DNA from: Octopus bimaculoides
Taxonomy: Eukaryota
Assembly: GCF_001194135.2 (NCBI RefSeq)
Contig: NC_068991.1
Coordinates: 1,856,225 to 1,897,310, forward strand
Length of the DNA: 41,086 nt
Reading direction: 5' to 3'
Shown: positions 13,780-23,070 of the stretch, piece after piece
Layout: the number at the start of each line of letters is the position of its first letter
Numbering within the stretch: the first letter of the stretch is position 1
Notes under the pieces: generated by a model
What the model was told of the DNA's origin: nothing
Databases searched by the model: none
Seen by the model: only the letters and a program-made list of their open reading frames with translations
Translations under genes and position numbers: made by a program

Positions 13780-13950
13780 ACGGATAATATATATACACAT
13801 GCGATGGACTTCTTTCAGTTTCCATCAACCAAATCCATTCACAAAGCTTTGGCCAGCCCAAGGCTATAGCTGAAGATATTAGCCCAAAGAACCACACAAC
13901 AGAACTGAACCAAAAATCTTGTGGTTGGGAAACGGCTTTCTTAACTACAC
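13780..13950 (-). mobile_element. SINE family B, diverged 5' portion
   Basis: CTTCTTTCAGTTTCCATCAACCAAATCCATTCACAAAGCTTTGG...GAACTGAACC...TGTGGTTGGGAAAC. Confidence 0.7.
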
Positions 13951-14371
13951 AGGACTGTAAATAATTATGTGGTCACTTGACATGCTGGATATAGGAGCCA
14001 AATTTCCTTCTAATCATAGTGTATTATATTAAAGGAAGGATAATGTCTTGCTATGCAGGACATTATTTTAAAAATTTTAAACTTGTCCAACACCACAGAG
14101 AAGGTAGAAAAATTATATGGACACGGCTATCTTGGTTCCATCTTCTTATTGATAAGAAGTGGAGAAATTTTCAGAAATATTAAGCAAGGGCTGATAGTTG
14201 TCTGTTTGAGAACCACTGCCATAGACAGAAGACATTGTCTGAAAGAAAAAGTACAAAAAAAGAGAAAGAAACAGAAGGATGGTCATGTCCAGAACAGCTT
14301 TGATCATAGCTGACCCTGGGTTAAACAACAACAGAAATACAACAACAAAGAGATAAAAATAACAGAAATTC

Positions 14372-14377
14372 TTTATT
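14372..14377 (-). promoter_or_regulatory. Candidate polyadenylation signal of the calmodulin-like gene
   Basis: AATAAA on the minus strand outside SINE sequence, followed downstream by a U/GU-rich tract (ttatttttatctctttgttgttgtatttctgttgttgtt). It would imply a 3' UTR of about 2.7 kb. Confidence 0.3.
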
Positions 14378-14564
14378 CTAAATATGTTCTTAACAATTTC
14401 TCTGTCCCCAGATTAATACATGTAAAGAAACAGGGTCCTGGGCAGAGAGAGAGAGAGAAGGGGCAGAGCATGAGTGATTGTAGGGATTCCATTAACAGAT
14501 AGGACTAAATACCACAAGGCATTTGCCCAACTGTCTACCATTTCTGTCATTAACCAATAATGTT

Positions 14565-15460
14565 TCTAATTGAGGCACAAGGCCAGCAACTTTGATGGAG
14601 GAAATGAGGTTAGTGAATACCACTGACACCAGTAGTTGACTGGTATTTTATTGATCCCCCAAAGGAGATGAAGGGTAAAGCTGGCCTTGGCAGGATTTGA
14701 ACTCAGAACATAAAGAGCAGCAAGAAAAACCACAATGTGTTTTCCCCCAAAGCTATAACAACAACAACAATAATAATAATATTAATAGTCCTTTCTACTG
14801 GAAGCACAGGGCCTCAAATTTGGTGGGGGAAGGGATTAAGTCAATTACATCAACCCCAGAACTTAACTCGTATTTATTTAATCAACCCCAAAAGGATGAA
14901 AGGTAAATTTGACCTCGGCGGAATTTGAACTCAGAACGTAAAGACAGACTGCTAAGCATTTCGCCCAGCGTGCTAACGTTTCTGCCAGCTCACAGCCTTA
15001 AATGAAGTCATAATAATCCTTTCTTTTATAGGGCACAAGGCCTGGATATTGTGGGGAAGAGGACAGTCGATTACATCGACCCAGTGTTTCACTGGTACTT
15101 AATTTATCAACCCCAAAAGGACGAAAGGCAAAGTCAACCTCGGCGGAATTTGAACTCAGAATATAACAGCAAGCAAAATACCACCAGGCATTTTGCCCAG
15201 CGTGCTAACGATTCTGCCAGCTCACCACCTTTAATAATGATAATAATTTCATTTAAATGGCACAAGTCTACAAAATTTGAAAACGAGAGGAGGGGTGACA
15301 AGAATAATTAATTCAACCCCAGTATCTAACTGGTATCTATTTTATGGACCTTCAAAATAATGAAAATCAACCACATCAGGATTTCAAACTAAGAATATAA
15401 ATGTGTGTAAACTTAATACCACAAACTATTATGTTTGATGCTCTACCGATTCTTCTGTCT
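14565..15460 (-). mobile_element. Head-to-tail cluster of about four SINE family A copies
   Basis: Repeated GGCACAAGGCC...CTGGTA...ATCAACCCC.AAAGGATGAAAGG...GGAATTTGAACTCAGAA units near 14565, 14790, 15015 and 15245, separated by (AAT/AAC)n. Confidence 0.85.
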
Positions 15461-16277
15461 TCCACTCTAATACTCACAATGATTTTTCTAACACAGGCAC
15501 AGGGCTACAAATTTCAAAGAAGAGGCTGTTACAAGATTATTTTAACCTCCCCACCAAAAAAATTCCCCAGTAAATGACAGGTATGTTATTATCTCAGAAC
15601 ATAAGGGGGCGGGAGGGAGGTAAGCAAGAGACAAACCTGCAGGAATGTGGGTTGTTACTATGTAATGTCTGTGGGAATGTTGAAGTTGATGAGTTTAATT
15701 TAGTGGAGGGTCCAGGATGGATTGGGGAGGACGGGGTGGGGGAGTAAAGAAGGAGAGAAGAGAGAAGGGCTTGGAGCAGAGAGAAAGAGCTGGAGAGGGG
15801 CATAAAGGATGAACAGGGGTGGAGGCTGAACAACTGTTAGACAGACAGGTGTCAGAGTCATAAAGAGGGGACAGAGTTTGGGTGGCAGGGTTTTTAAGAG
15901 ATGGGGAAGTAAATAGATTCCTTGAGGAGACAAGGCAATGGGGATTAGAGGTTTAGATGGTATTTTGAAAGTGTGTCAGGTGGGTGTATGTATTGAGGTG
16001 AATGGGGATTAGGGACCACTTTGTTAGATTCTGGGTATTTTTGTTTCATATTTTGTTGGTGTCATTTCTGGGTGTGATTTCTGGATGCAGTCGGGGGGGG
16101 AGGGGTCTCTGAGTGTTTTGTGTGATTTTGTTTTTGAAAGGGTGTAGTTTGGGTACAAGTAAGGAGAGGGGTAGCAATTTAGATATTTAGTGTTACCACA
16201 GGTATGGTACAGTGTGTATGTGTGTTCAGTTTTGAGGAAAAGAGGAAAGAAAAAAAAGAGAGGTGGTGATGTTATAA

Positions 16278-16568
16278 CAGTAGTAGTAGTAGTAGTAGTA
16301 GTAGTCCATAGAAGTATGGCAGTGGTAGCAGTAGTAGACATACAAAAGTCTACTAGTAACTACTAGTAGTTATAGTAGTGGTGGTGGTGGTAGCAGCAGT
16401 AATAATAGTACGAACAGTTGTAGTACCACACTTGTAGCAGTTAAGTAGTAGTAGTACCACCACTAACAGCCTTGCAGTAGTACTACCACCACAGTAACAG
16501 TAGAAGTAGTAGTAAGAGCAGTAGTAGTATCACACTATTAGCAGTTGTACAATAGTATTAGCAGTAAC

Positions 16569-16603
<35 letters not shown>

Positions 16604-16650
16604 ACATACAGTACTAACATAGCAGTAGTAGTAGTAGTAGTAGTAGCAGT
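16278..16650. repeat. Degenerate (AGT)/(AGC) low-complexity tract in the putative 3' UTR
   Basis: Direct inspection. Confidence 0.9.
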
Positions 16651-17043
16651 GACATCAAATTAATTAAATCTGATACAAAAGTTTAAATCAAATAAGCAGA
16701 GAGCATGGGAGTGGGGGAGGGGTACTGGCAGGGTTGAGAGAATGTGTGTGTGTGTGTGTGCACAGATGTGCATGTGTGTAAGAGATCTATGTTGTGCATC
16801 AAAAAATGGATGTGTGTGTGTGTGTGTGTGTGTGTAATGAAGAAATGTTTACTGAGCAGAAGCCGCCCCAGAAGCAAGGCAACAGCAGCAGCAGCAGTAG
16901 CAGCAGCAACCATCCATCCTCTGATGCATTGTCCATCCAACAAGAGAGTCCAGTCAGCAGAAGTCACTCTGTTAGTTATCATCAGGTGTGCCCCCCCAGG
17001 ACCCAGCTGGACCCACTGGTGCCCATTGAGGACTCGAAGATCT

Positions 17044-17069
17044 TTAGGACCTAAGGATCTTTACAAAAT
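17044..17069 (-). CDS. Calmodulin-like gene, terminal coding exon (DFVKILRS-stop)
   Basis: Acceptor ttttctttttgtttcag|AT TTT GTA AAG ATC CTT AGG TCC TAA. It completes G|AT = Asp and aligns to the CaM C-terminus EFVQMMTAK; stop codon at 17046-17044. Confidence 0.93.
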
Positions 17070-17116
17070 CTGAAACAAAAAGAAAACATCAGTGTCATTT
17101 AATGTCTGTCTGAATA

Positions 17117-17165
<49 letters not shown>

Positions 17166-17167
<2 letters not shown>

Positions 17168-17386
17168 CCTTTCTACTAAATGCACAAGGCCTGAAATTTT
17201 GGGGGAGGAGGGGATTAAGTCGATTACATCGACCCCAATGCGTAACTGGTACTTATTTAATGGACCCCGAAAGGATGAAAGGCAAAGTCAACCTCGACGG
17301 AATTTGAACTCAGAACGTCACGGCAGACGAAATAGCGCTAAGCATTTCCGCCCAGCGTGCTAACGTTTCTGCCAACTCGCCGCCTC
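17166..17386 (-). mobile_element. SINE family A, near-intact copy in the last intron of the calmodulin-like gene
   Basis: Reverse complement begins GGCGGCGAGTTGGCAGAAACGTTAGCACGC...GTTCTGAGTTCAAATTCCG; (ATT)n tail at 17117-17166. Confidence 0.9.
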
Positions 17387-17852
17387 AACCAGAACAACAA
17401 CAATACTTCCAAAAGATCGAGTTGTTACCGAAATGTAAGCTAAACTCTGTGGAGAGAATAAAATGAAGGGCGGCGGCAGCAGTTGTGAGACGCGTGGCAG
17501 GGGTTTTGAATTTGGAACAAAGAGGAACAGTAAGATCTTGACTGAAAACCTCAGAAAATAGGGATTAGTGTACAAGGAGACTAATAAGTGAAGGAAAGGA
17601 AAAAATGAGTTTAAAAACGATTTTGAAAATATCAAGGGAGATAATCCTAGCAAAACTAGTGTGTAAGCAAGGGGAATAACTCTGGCTTATAACATTGAAA
17701 AAAGAGCAGGTGACAAGGGGTTATTAACCTACCCCATTTCATTCACAAGGTTTTGGTTAACCATGAGCTAACATAAGAGATACCTATCCAACAATGGGAC
17801 TAAACTCTGAACCAAATGCCTCTGACAGACTTCTTGACCAATGGACACTTAC

Positions 17853-18095
17853 CATCATAGTTAACTCTTCCGTCGGCTGTAATCTCAGCTTCCCTGATCA
17901 TTTCATCGACTTCCTCATCAGACAGTTTCTCACCAAGGTTCGTCAACACATGACGCAGCTCAGCACAGGAGATGTAACCGTTGCCGTCTTTGTCGAACAC
18001 ACGAAACGCTTCTTTCAGCTCGTCGTCTGTGTCCTGGGTTATCTGCTGTTTCGAAATGATGCTCACAACATCCTGATCGGTGAGTTTACGATTTC
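17853..18095 (-). CDS. Calmodulin-like gene, 243-nt coding exon (end of EF2, linker, EF3, most of EF4)
   Basis: Minus strand: acceptor ttgctttcag|GA AAT at 18095, donor GAT G|gtaagt at 17853, phase 1-1. Encodes (G)[80 protein letters not shown]. The segment EAFRVF...MIREA matches calmodulin 87-128 at 39/42 positions by manual alignment to the recalled CaM sequence. 243 nt equals vertebrate CALM exons 4+5 (107+136). Confidence 0.97.
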
Positions 18096-18360
18096 CTGAA
18101 AGCAACAAATATACATTCCAACACTGAACTCATCTAAATGTCAGCAAACATACAACAACTAAGCATGAAATTAGCATACGCTGATCGACCAGTACATATA
18201 TATACACACTGTTTGAGAATATACATCTTCACTCACTATATATATATATACACACATACATACATACATACATCCTTCTCCTTATAATTCCTGAATTTAA
18301 ATTTTAAATTCATAATCCAACTTCAAATGATCTCCCTTGTAAGAGGTGTCGCCACTAGAT

Positions 18361-18669
18361 CAGGAATTCTCAGCCAGTTTTTATCAATGGACCCCTTTGT
18401 TTGCTATTTTATCCTAGCAGACCCTCATAGTCATAAGATGTTGAAAAACTAGTTTTATAGGAACTCCCTTCAAAATTCCTCTTTTGGTTTTCACACATTA
18501 ACTTGTGTGGGTTGAATTATGTAAAATGTTAGAGAAAGAAACCCAGCTGTTTCTTGCAATACAGACCAATACATACATCTAAAGCAGAAATTCTTTCAGG
18601 GGCTCTAATATACTGTTTTGTTGCATGGAACCCCAGAAATCTTATATGGACCCTGGTTGAGAACCATTG
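18361..18669. mobile_element. hAT (Charlie/Buster-like) MITE in an intron of the calmodulin-like gene
   Basis: TIRs CAGGAATTCTCAGCC ... GGTTGAGAACCATTG (10/15 to each other, both near CAGTGGTTCTCAACC). The 8-bp flanks CACTAGAT and CATTAGAG (6/8) fit the NNNTAGAN target site. Confidence 0.65.
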
Positions 18670-18979
18670 CATTAGAGGGATCATGTGTGTTTTAATAACT
18701 TTAAATTCAAAAAATCTTTTTTTTCAAAATATTGTCACTGCAGCAGTAAATTTTTTCTAAAATGTCAACAGCAGCCAAATCTGCATCAGATCGTTTCTCA
18801 CCATCATAAAAAAGAGGAAGGACATCTTGGAAGAAAATAATCCAAGATATTGAACAGACGAAAAGACAACAGTGCCAAGTGTGGAACCTATCTGACTAGA
18901 GATCTGCTCAGCCAGGCCAACCTGGGGTTAAACAATAACAACAGACAAGAAATCAAATAATGAATCATTCGTTACCTAC

Positions 18980-19123
18980 CACTGCTATCAATGGCATCTC
19001 GAATATTTTTCACTTCAGCTTCTGTCGGACTGTAACCGATCGCTCGCATCACGGTCCCAATGTCTTGTGAGAAAATACAGCTGTCACCATCTTTGGCAAA
19101 CACAACGCAGGCCTCTCGGCACA
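18980..19123 (-). CDS. Calmodulin-like gene, 144-nt coding exon (EF1 and start of EF2)
   Basis: Acceptor ctctttgcag|TG TGC at 19123, donor AGT G|gtaggt at 18980, phase 1-1. Encodes CREACVVFAKDGDSCIFSQDIGTVMRAIGYSPTEAEVKNIRDAIDSS, which aligns without gaps to CaM [47 protein letters not shown]. It has the same 144-nt length as vertebrate CALM exon 3. Confidence 0.95.
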
Positions 19124-19164
19124 CTGCAAAGAGTAGCACATTGGTAGGACTCAATGATTACATG

Positions 19165-19171
<7 letters not shown>

Positions 19172-19237
<66 letters not shown>

Positions 19238-19238
19238 A

Positions 19239-19269
<31 letters not shown>

Positions 19270-19290
19270 TAGAGAGAGAGATACACACAC
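19172..19290. repeat. (AT)n(AG)n compound microsatellite just upstream of the 144-nt exon acceptor
   Basis: Direct inspection; reads as (CT)n(AT)n on the transcribed strand. Confidence 0.95.
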
Positions 19291-19817
19291 AAATATATAT
19301 ATAAATATATATAATTATAAATATATAGGGATTGACAGTAACCTGCTTCTCCAACATACTGAGAATTCAGAAATAGCAGTCAAGGAACTACTGATTTCAA
19401 AACTACAAATTATTACTCCAGATTGATAGCGATATAAGAAGGTTTTTTTCATACTGAGCTACCCGGCAGAATTGTTAATTATTAATTTTATTACTAATTG
19501 ATGATTCCCTGCCCTGCATATNNNNNNNNNNCAAATCAGACTGGAGCCTGGTGTTGCCATCCGGTTTCACCAGTCCTCAGTCAAATCGTCCAACCCATGC
19601 TAGCATGGAAAGCGGACGTTAAACGATGATGATGATGATGATGATGATGTATACATACATACATACATACATACAAATATGCATATACATACATATGGGA
19701 TAAAATATATGAAACCCAGTACACCCATCATGACTACCCGTCTGAATAGGATACACCAGGCACATGCATCACAACCGTATGTGCGTGACATGGTGATCTC
19801 ATATCAAGATAAACAGA

Positions 19818-20025
19818 GCTGGCAGAGGCATTAGAAGGTCAGGCTAAATGCTTAGCAGCATTTCACCCGTCTTTCTGTACTGAGTTCAAATTCTGCCAAG
19901 ATCAACTTCACCTTCCATCCCTCTGGGGTTAATAAAATAAGTACCAGTTCAACACAGGGGTCAATTTAAACAACTTACCCCCTTCCTCAAAACTGCTGGC
20001 CTTGTGCCAAAATTTGAAACCATTA
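19818..20025 (+). mobile_element. SINE family A copy
   Basis: GCTGGCAGA...AATGCTTAGCAGCATTTC...CTGAGTTCAAATTCTGCC...AAAATAAGTACCAG...GGCCTTGTGCCAAAATTTGAAACC. Confidence 0.85.
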
Positions 20026-20660
20026 TGATCACCACCACTACTACAACCACCACTACTACTACTACTACCACCACCACCACCACCACCACCACTACTACAA
20101 CACATCAACACATATGTTGTTGTTATCTCACTACAAGTAAAGGGGAGGGGTGTGGATCTCCTCAAACTGCAAACCTGGTGCAAACACTTCCACTAAAACT
20201 CACTGAAGGGCCAGGTGGTGCTGTTAAACCACCCATCAAATACACACAGTTCACCCTTTTACACTCTGTGTACCCCGGTGACCCATTTACAATATGTACC
20301 CAGCTGTCAGCTCCATATTATGCACAACTGATATTGTATATATATATATATATACACAAAGCTTGACAGGAGGGCCAGGAGGAGGACATGTGGACTTCAA
20401 CTAAATGAACTGATGTATATTCATTGCCAGAACTGTTGTAGTGGTGTTTGAGTGGTAGTCATGTTGGGAGTGGGGTTTCAGTACCCAAACATGGACGACC
20501 AGAACTGACCTGGGATTAAACGTCTAGTATGTGTGTGCATGTACATAAACACACACACACAAGTATATATTGACATAATATATATATATATATATTCTTT
20601 TAGTCTTTTATTTGTTTCAATCATTTGACTGCGGTTATGCTGGAGCACTGCCTTTAGTCA

Positions 20661-20738
<78 letters not shown>

Positions 20739-21058
20739 GTATGCATGTATATACACACACACACACACACACACTTATCCATATACCGTCCTACGCTGAG
20801 GTTGATCATTCTCTTTCATACATATTCTCTCTCTTTCTCTCTCTCTCTCCCCTGGAAGAAAAGGAGTTTTGATCAGACCTAGAAAGGGATGGGCACCACC
20901 AGGTTTGACAGTAATTGAGGGTCCAAGGAAGAGAGCAGAAAGGTTAGGGTTAACAGGCAGCATCAGAACTTAATATGAGGGTTAGCTTTAAGGTTAGGGT
21001 TAAGATAAGAATAAGGGTAATTTTCAAAGACTGATGAATAAATTTGATAAATACTCAC

Positions 21059-21092
21059 AGTCCATCTTTTCCCGATTCATTCTTATTGTAGC
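21059..21092 (-). CDS. Calmodulin-like gene, 34-nt coding exon (N-terminal ATIRMNREKMD)
   Basis: Strong acceptor tttttctctcatttcag|GCT and donor GAC T|gtgagt, phase 0-1. It starts with Ala like CALM exon 2 (31 nt; here one codon longer) and joins the 144-nt exon in frame (T|TG = Leu). Confidence 0.88.
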
Positions 21093-21866
21093 CTGAAATG
21101 AGAGAAAAATTGAGCAAAATTGAGATTTTACAGAAACAATATATACACCCTTCGGTTTATACACACATCAGACCCTGAATTTATAAACAATACATAAACA
21201 TTAGGTTTATATATATTCTGTAGGTTTTCCCTTTCCCCTCACATATCCACTTACCTGCACACAATATGCCCCTGTTGAATCCCTCCCCCACCCCCTCTAG
21301 CTCCTATTTTCCTTTTGAAATCTTGTGAGCTCACTAACCTACCCACCCTCTCCCGTCTCCAGACCCCTTCACTATATACATCCCCACCCCTTGTAACCTG
21401 GGTGTATGGCCTCTTCCCCCTCTCTGCCACATCTTCACCATCTGAGGAAGCCATGTCTCTCTTCTCATGCAACACCCATTTTCTGTCCCTCAAGACTAGT
21501 CCTCCCCACCCCAGTTGAGGAATCTTGTCCTGCAAGCTATTTTGGTCATCTTACAAGTGCTGAAGCCACGTAAAAAGCCACCCGGTCCACACTCTGTAAA
21601 GTAGTTGGTGTCAGGAAGGACATCCAGCCATAAAAACATAGAAACCATGCAAAAACAGACAGGAGAGGTTGACGCAGTCTTCAACCTATCAAACTGTCCC
21701 ACCCATGCCAGCATGGAAAAATGGATGTTAAATGATGATGATGATGGTGATGATGAATATATAGTTATGGTATATTCTGTTAAGAATGTAGTAGAAAATA
21801 GTATAAAGCTCAGATTTACCCTTTAAAACAACAACCACTTTAACAGTAAACTGGAAGGAGACTGTC

Positions 21867-21897
<31 letters not shown>

Positions 21898-22091
21898 CTG
21901 GAAAGCGGACGTTAAACGATGATGATGATATATATATAACTATGTGTATTTCTTCTATCTTAATGAATAAAAATTCTTCTGATAGAATAAATGGGTTAAT
22001 AGAAACCAATGTAGCAAAGAACACAAAATAACTGTGGTTTAGTTCCTGTTTTTAAGGCAGGAACTTGAAATTTTGGGTATTTGAGTATATT

Positions 22092-22240
22092 TAAGAATTT
22101 AAGGGATGGAGAAAACGCATGTTATAATTGCATACTTATCAAAGATCCCTATGGATCACACAGGTTGTAATCCTTTGAAACATATGTAGGAATAAAGTAT
22201 GCAATTATAACATGCGTTTTCTCCAATCCTTAAATTCTTA
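22092..22240. mobile_element. 149-bp inverted-repeat element (MITE-like) with 46-bp arms
   Basis: Arm 22092-22137 versus reverse complement of 22195-22240: 44/46 identical, with a 57-bp spacer and TA-rich flanks. Confidence 0.85.
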
Positions 22241-22259
22241 TATATATATATATATATAG

Positions 22260-22478
22260 GGAGAATTCACAAAAAAGCAAAAGACGAAGACAGGCGGTGT
22301 AGACAACAAACAGATGTATTAGTTTAACACACAGGAAGTGAAAAAGTCTTTAACGTTTCGAGCCTACACTCTTCTACAGAAAGAAACAAGGAGAGAAAAT
22401 AAAGAATATATAGTGGCTAGCGATCTATCATGGCGAATGCTGGACAGAGGGGTCACACAGGAGAGCTAGGAAGAAGTA
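22260..22478 (-). mobile_element. Penelope-like element terminal (pLTR-type) fragment
   Basis: Minus strand TCTGTAGAAGAGTGTAGGCTCGAAACGT (22380-22353) resembles the TGAAGAAG...CGAAACG motif typical of Penelope-like termini. It is inserted after a (TA)n tract. Family call is from recall. Confidence 0.5.
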
Positions 22479-22479
22479 T

Positions 22480-23070
22480 ACATTTGTGCGTCTGTGTTTG
22501 TCCTGCCCCCACCATCGCTTGACAACCGATGTTGGTGTGTTTACATCCCCGTAACTTAGCAGTTCAGCAAAAGAGGCCAATAGAATAAGCACTAGGCTTA
22601 CAAAGAATAAGTCCTGGGGTTGATTTGTTTGACTAAAGGCGGTGCTCCAGCATGGCCGCAGTCAAATGACTGAAACAAGTAAAAGAACACTGATACAATC
22701 ATGGCCGCGTGGTAAGAAGCTTGCTTCCCAACGACATGGTTCCAGGTTCAGTCCCACTTCATGGCACATTGGGCAAGTGTCTTCTACTATAGCGTCAGGC
22801 CGACCAAAGTCATCTGAGTGGATCTGGTAGATGGAAACTGAGAGAATCCCATCGTACATATGTGTGTGTGAGTGTGTGTTAGTCCTCTGCCACTGCTTAA
22901 CGACCAGTGTTGTCGTGGTTAATCCCCATAACTTAGCAGTTCGACAAAGGAGACCAACAGAATGAGTACCAGGCTTTAAAACAAAACTATTGGGGTCAAT
23001 TCATCTGACTAAAACTTCAAGGCACTGCCCCAGTATGGCCACAATCCAATGACAGAAACAAGTAAAAAAA
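22480..23070 (+). mobile_element. SINE family B: 3' half followed by a full-length copy (another 3' half at 32180-32410)
   Basis: CGCTTGACAACCGATG...GGCGGTGCTCCAGCATGGCCGCAGTCAAATGACTGAAACAAGTAAAAG, then GTGGTAAGAAGCTTGCTTCCCAAC...GGTTCAGTCCCAC, ending in an A-rich tail. Confidence 0.85.

Noticed and set aside
14565-15460. Regularly spaced repeats suggesting a CRISPR-like array
   Set aside because: These are roughly 200-bp SINE copies separated by triplet tails in a eukaryotic genome, not short repeats with unique spacers.
17800-18108. ORF-track 102-aa single-exon EF-hand protein (and 18972-19154 60-aa ORF)
   Set aside because: These are internal exons read through into intron; the splice sites define the true boundaries.
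20941-21005. GGTTAGGGTT telomere-like motifs (also CCCTAACCC at about 4082)
   Set aside because: Only one or two units each; not an interstitial telomeric array.
17044-21092. Calling the gene canonical calmodulin, squidulin or CALML4
   Set aside because: The N-lobe is only about one-third identical to CaM and three loops are non-canonical, and the sequence does not match my recollection of squidulin or CALML4. No symbol assigned without a phylogeny.
21251-21535. 94-aa ORF ending at a strong donor GCAG|gtaagt (about 21254)
   Set aside because: No recognisable homology, G-rich low-complexity composition, partly overlapping repeat family C, and no clear acceptor or Met context matching the CaM N-terminus.
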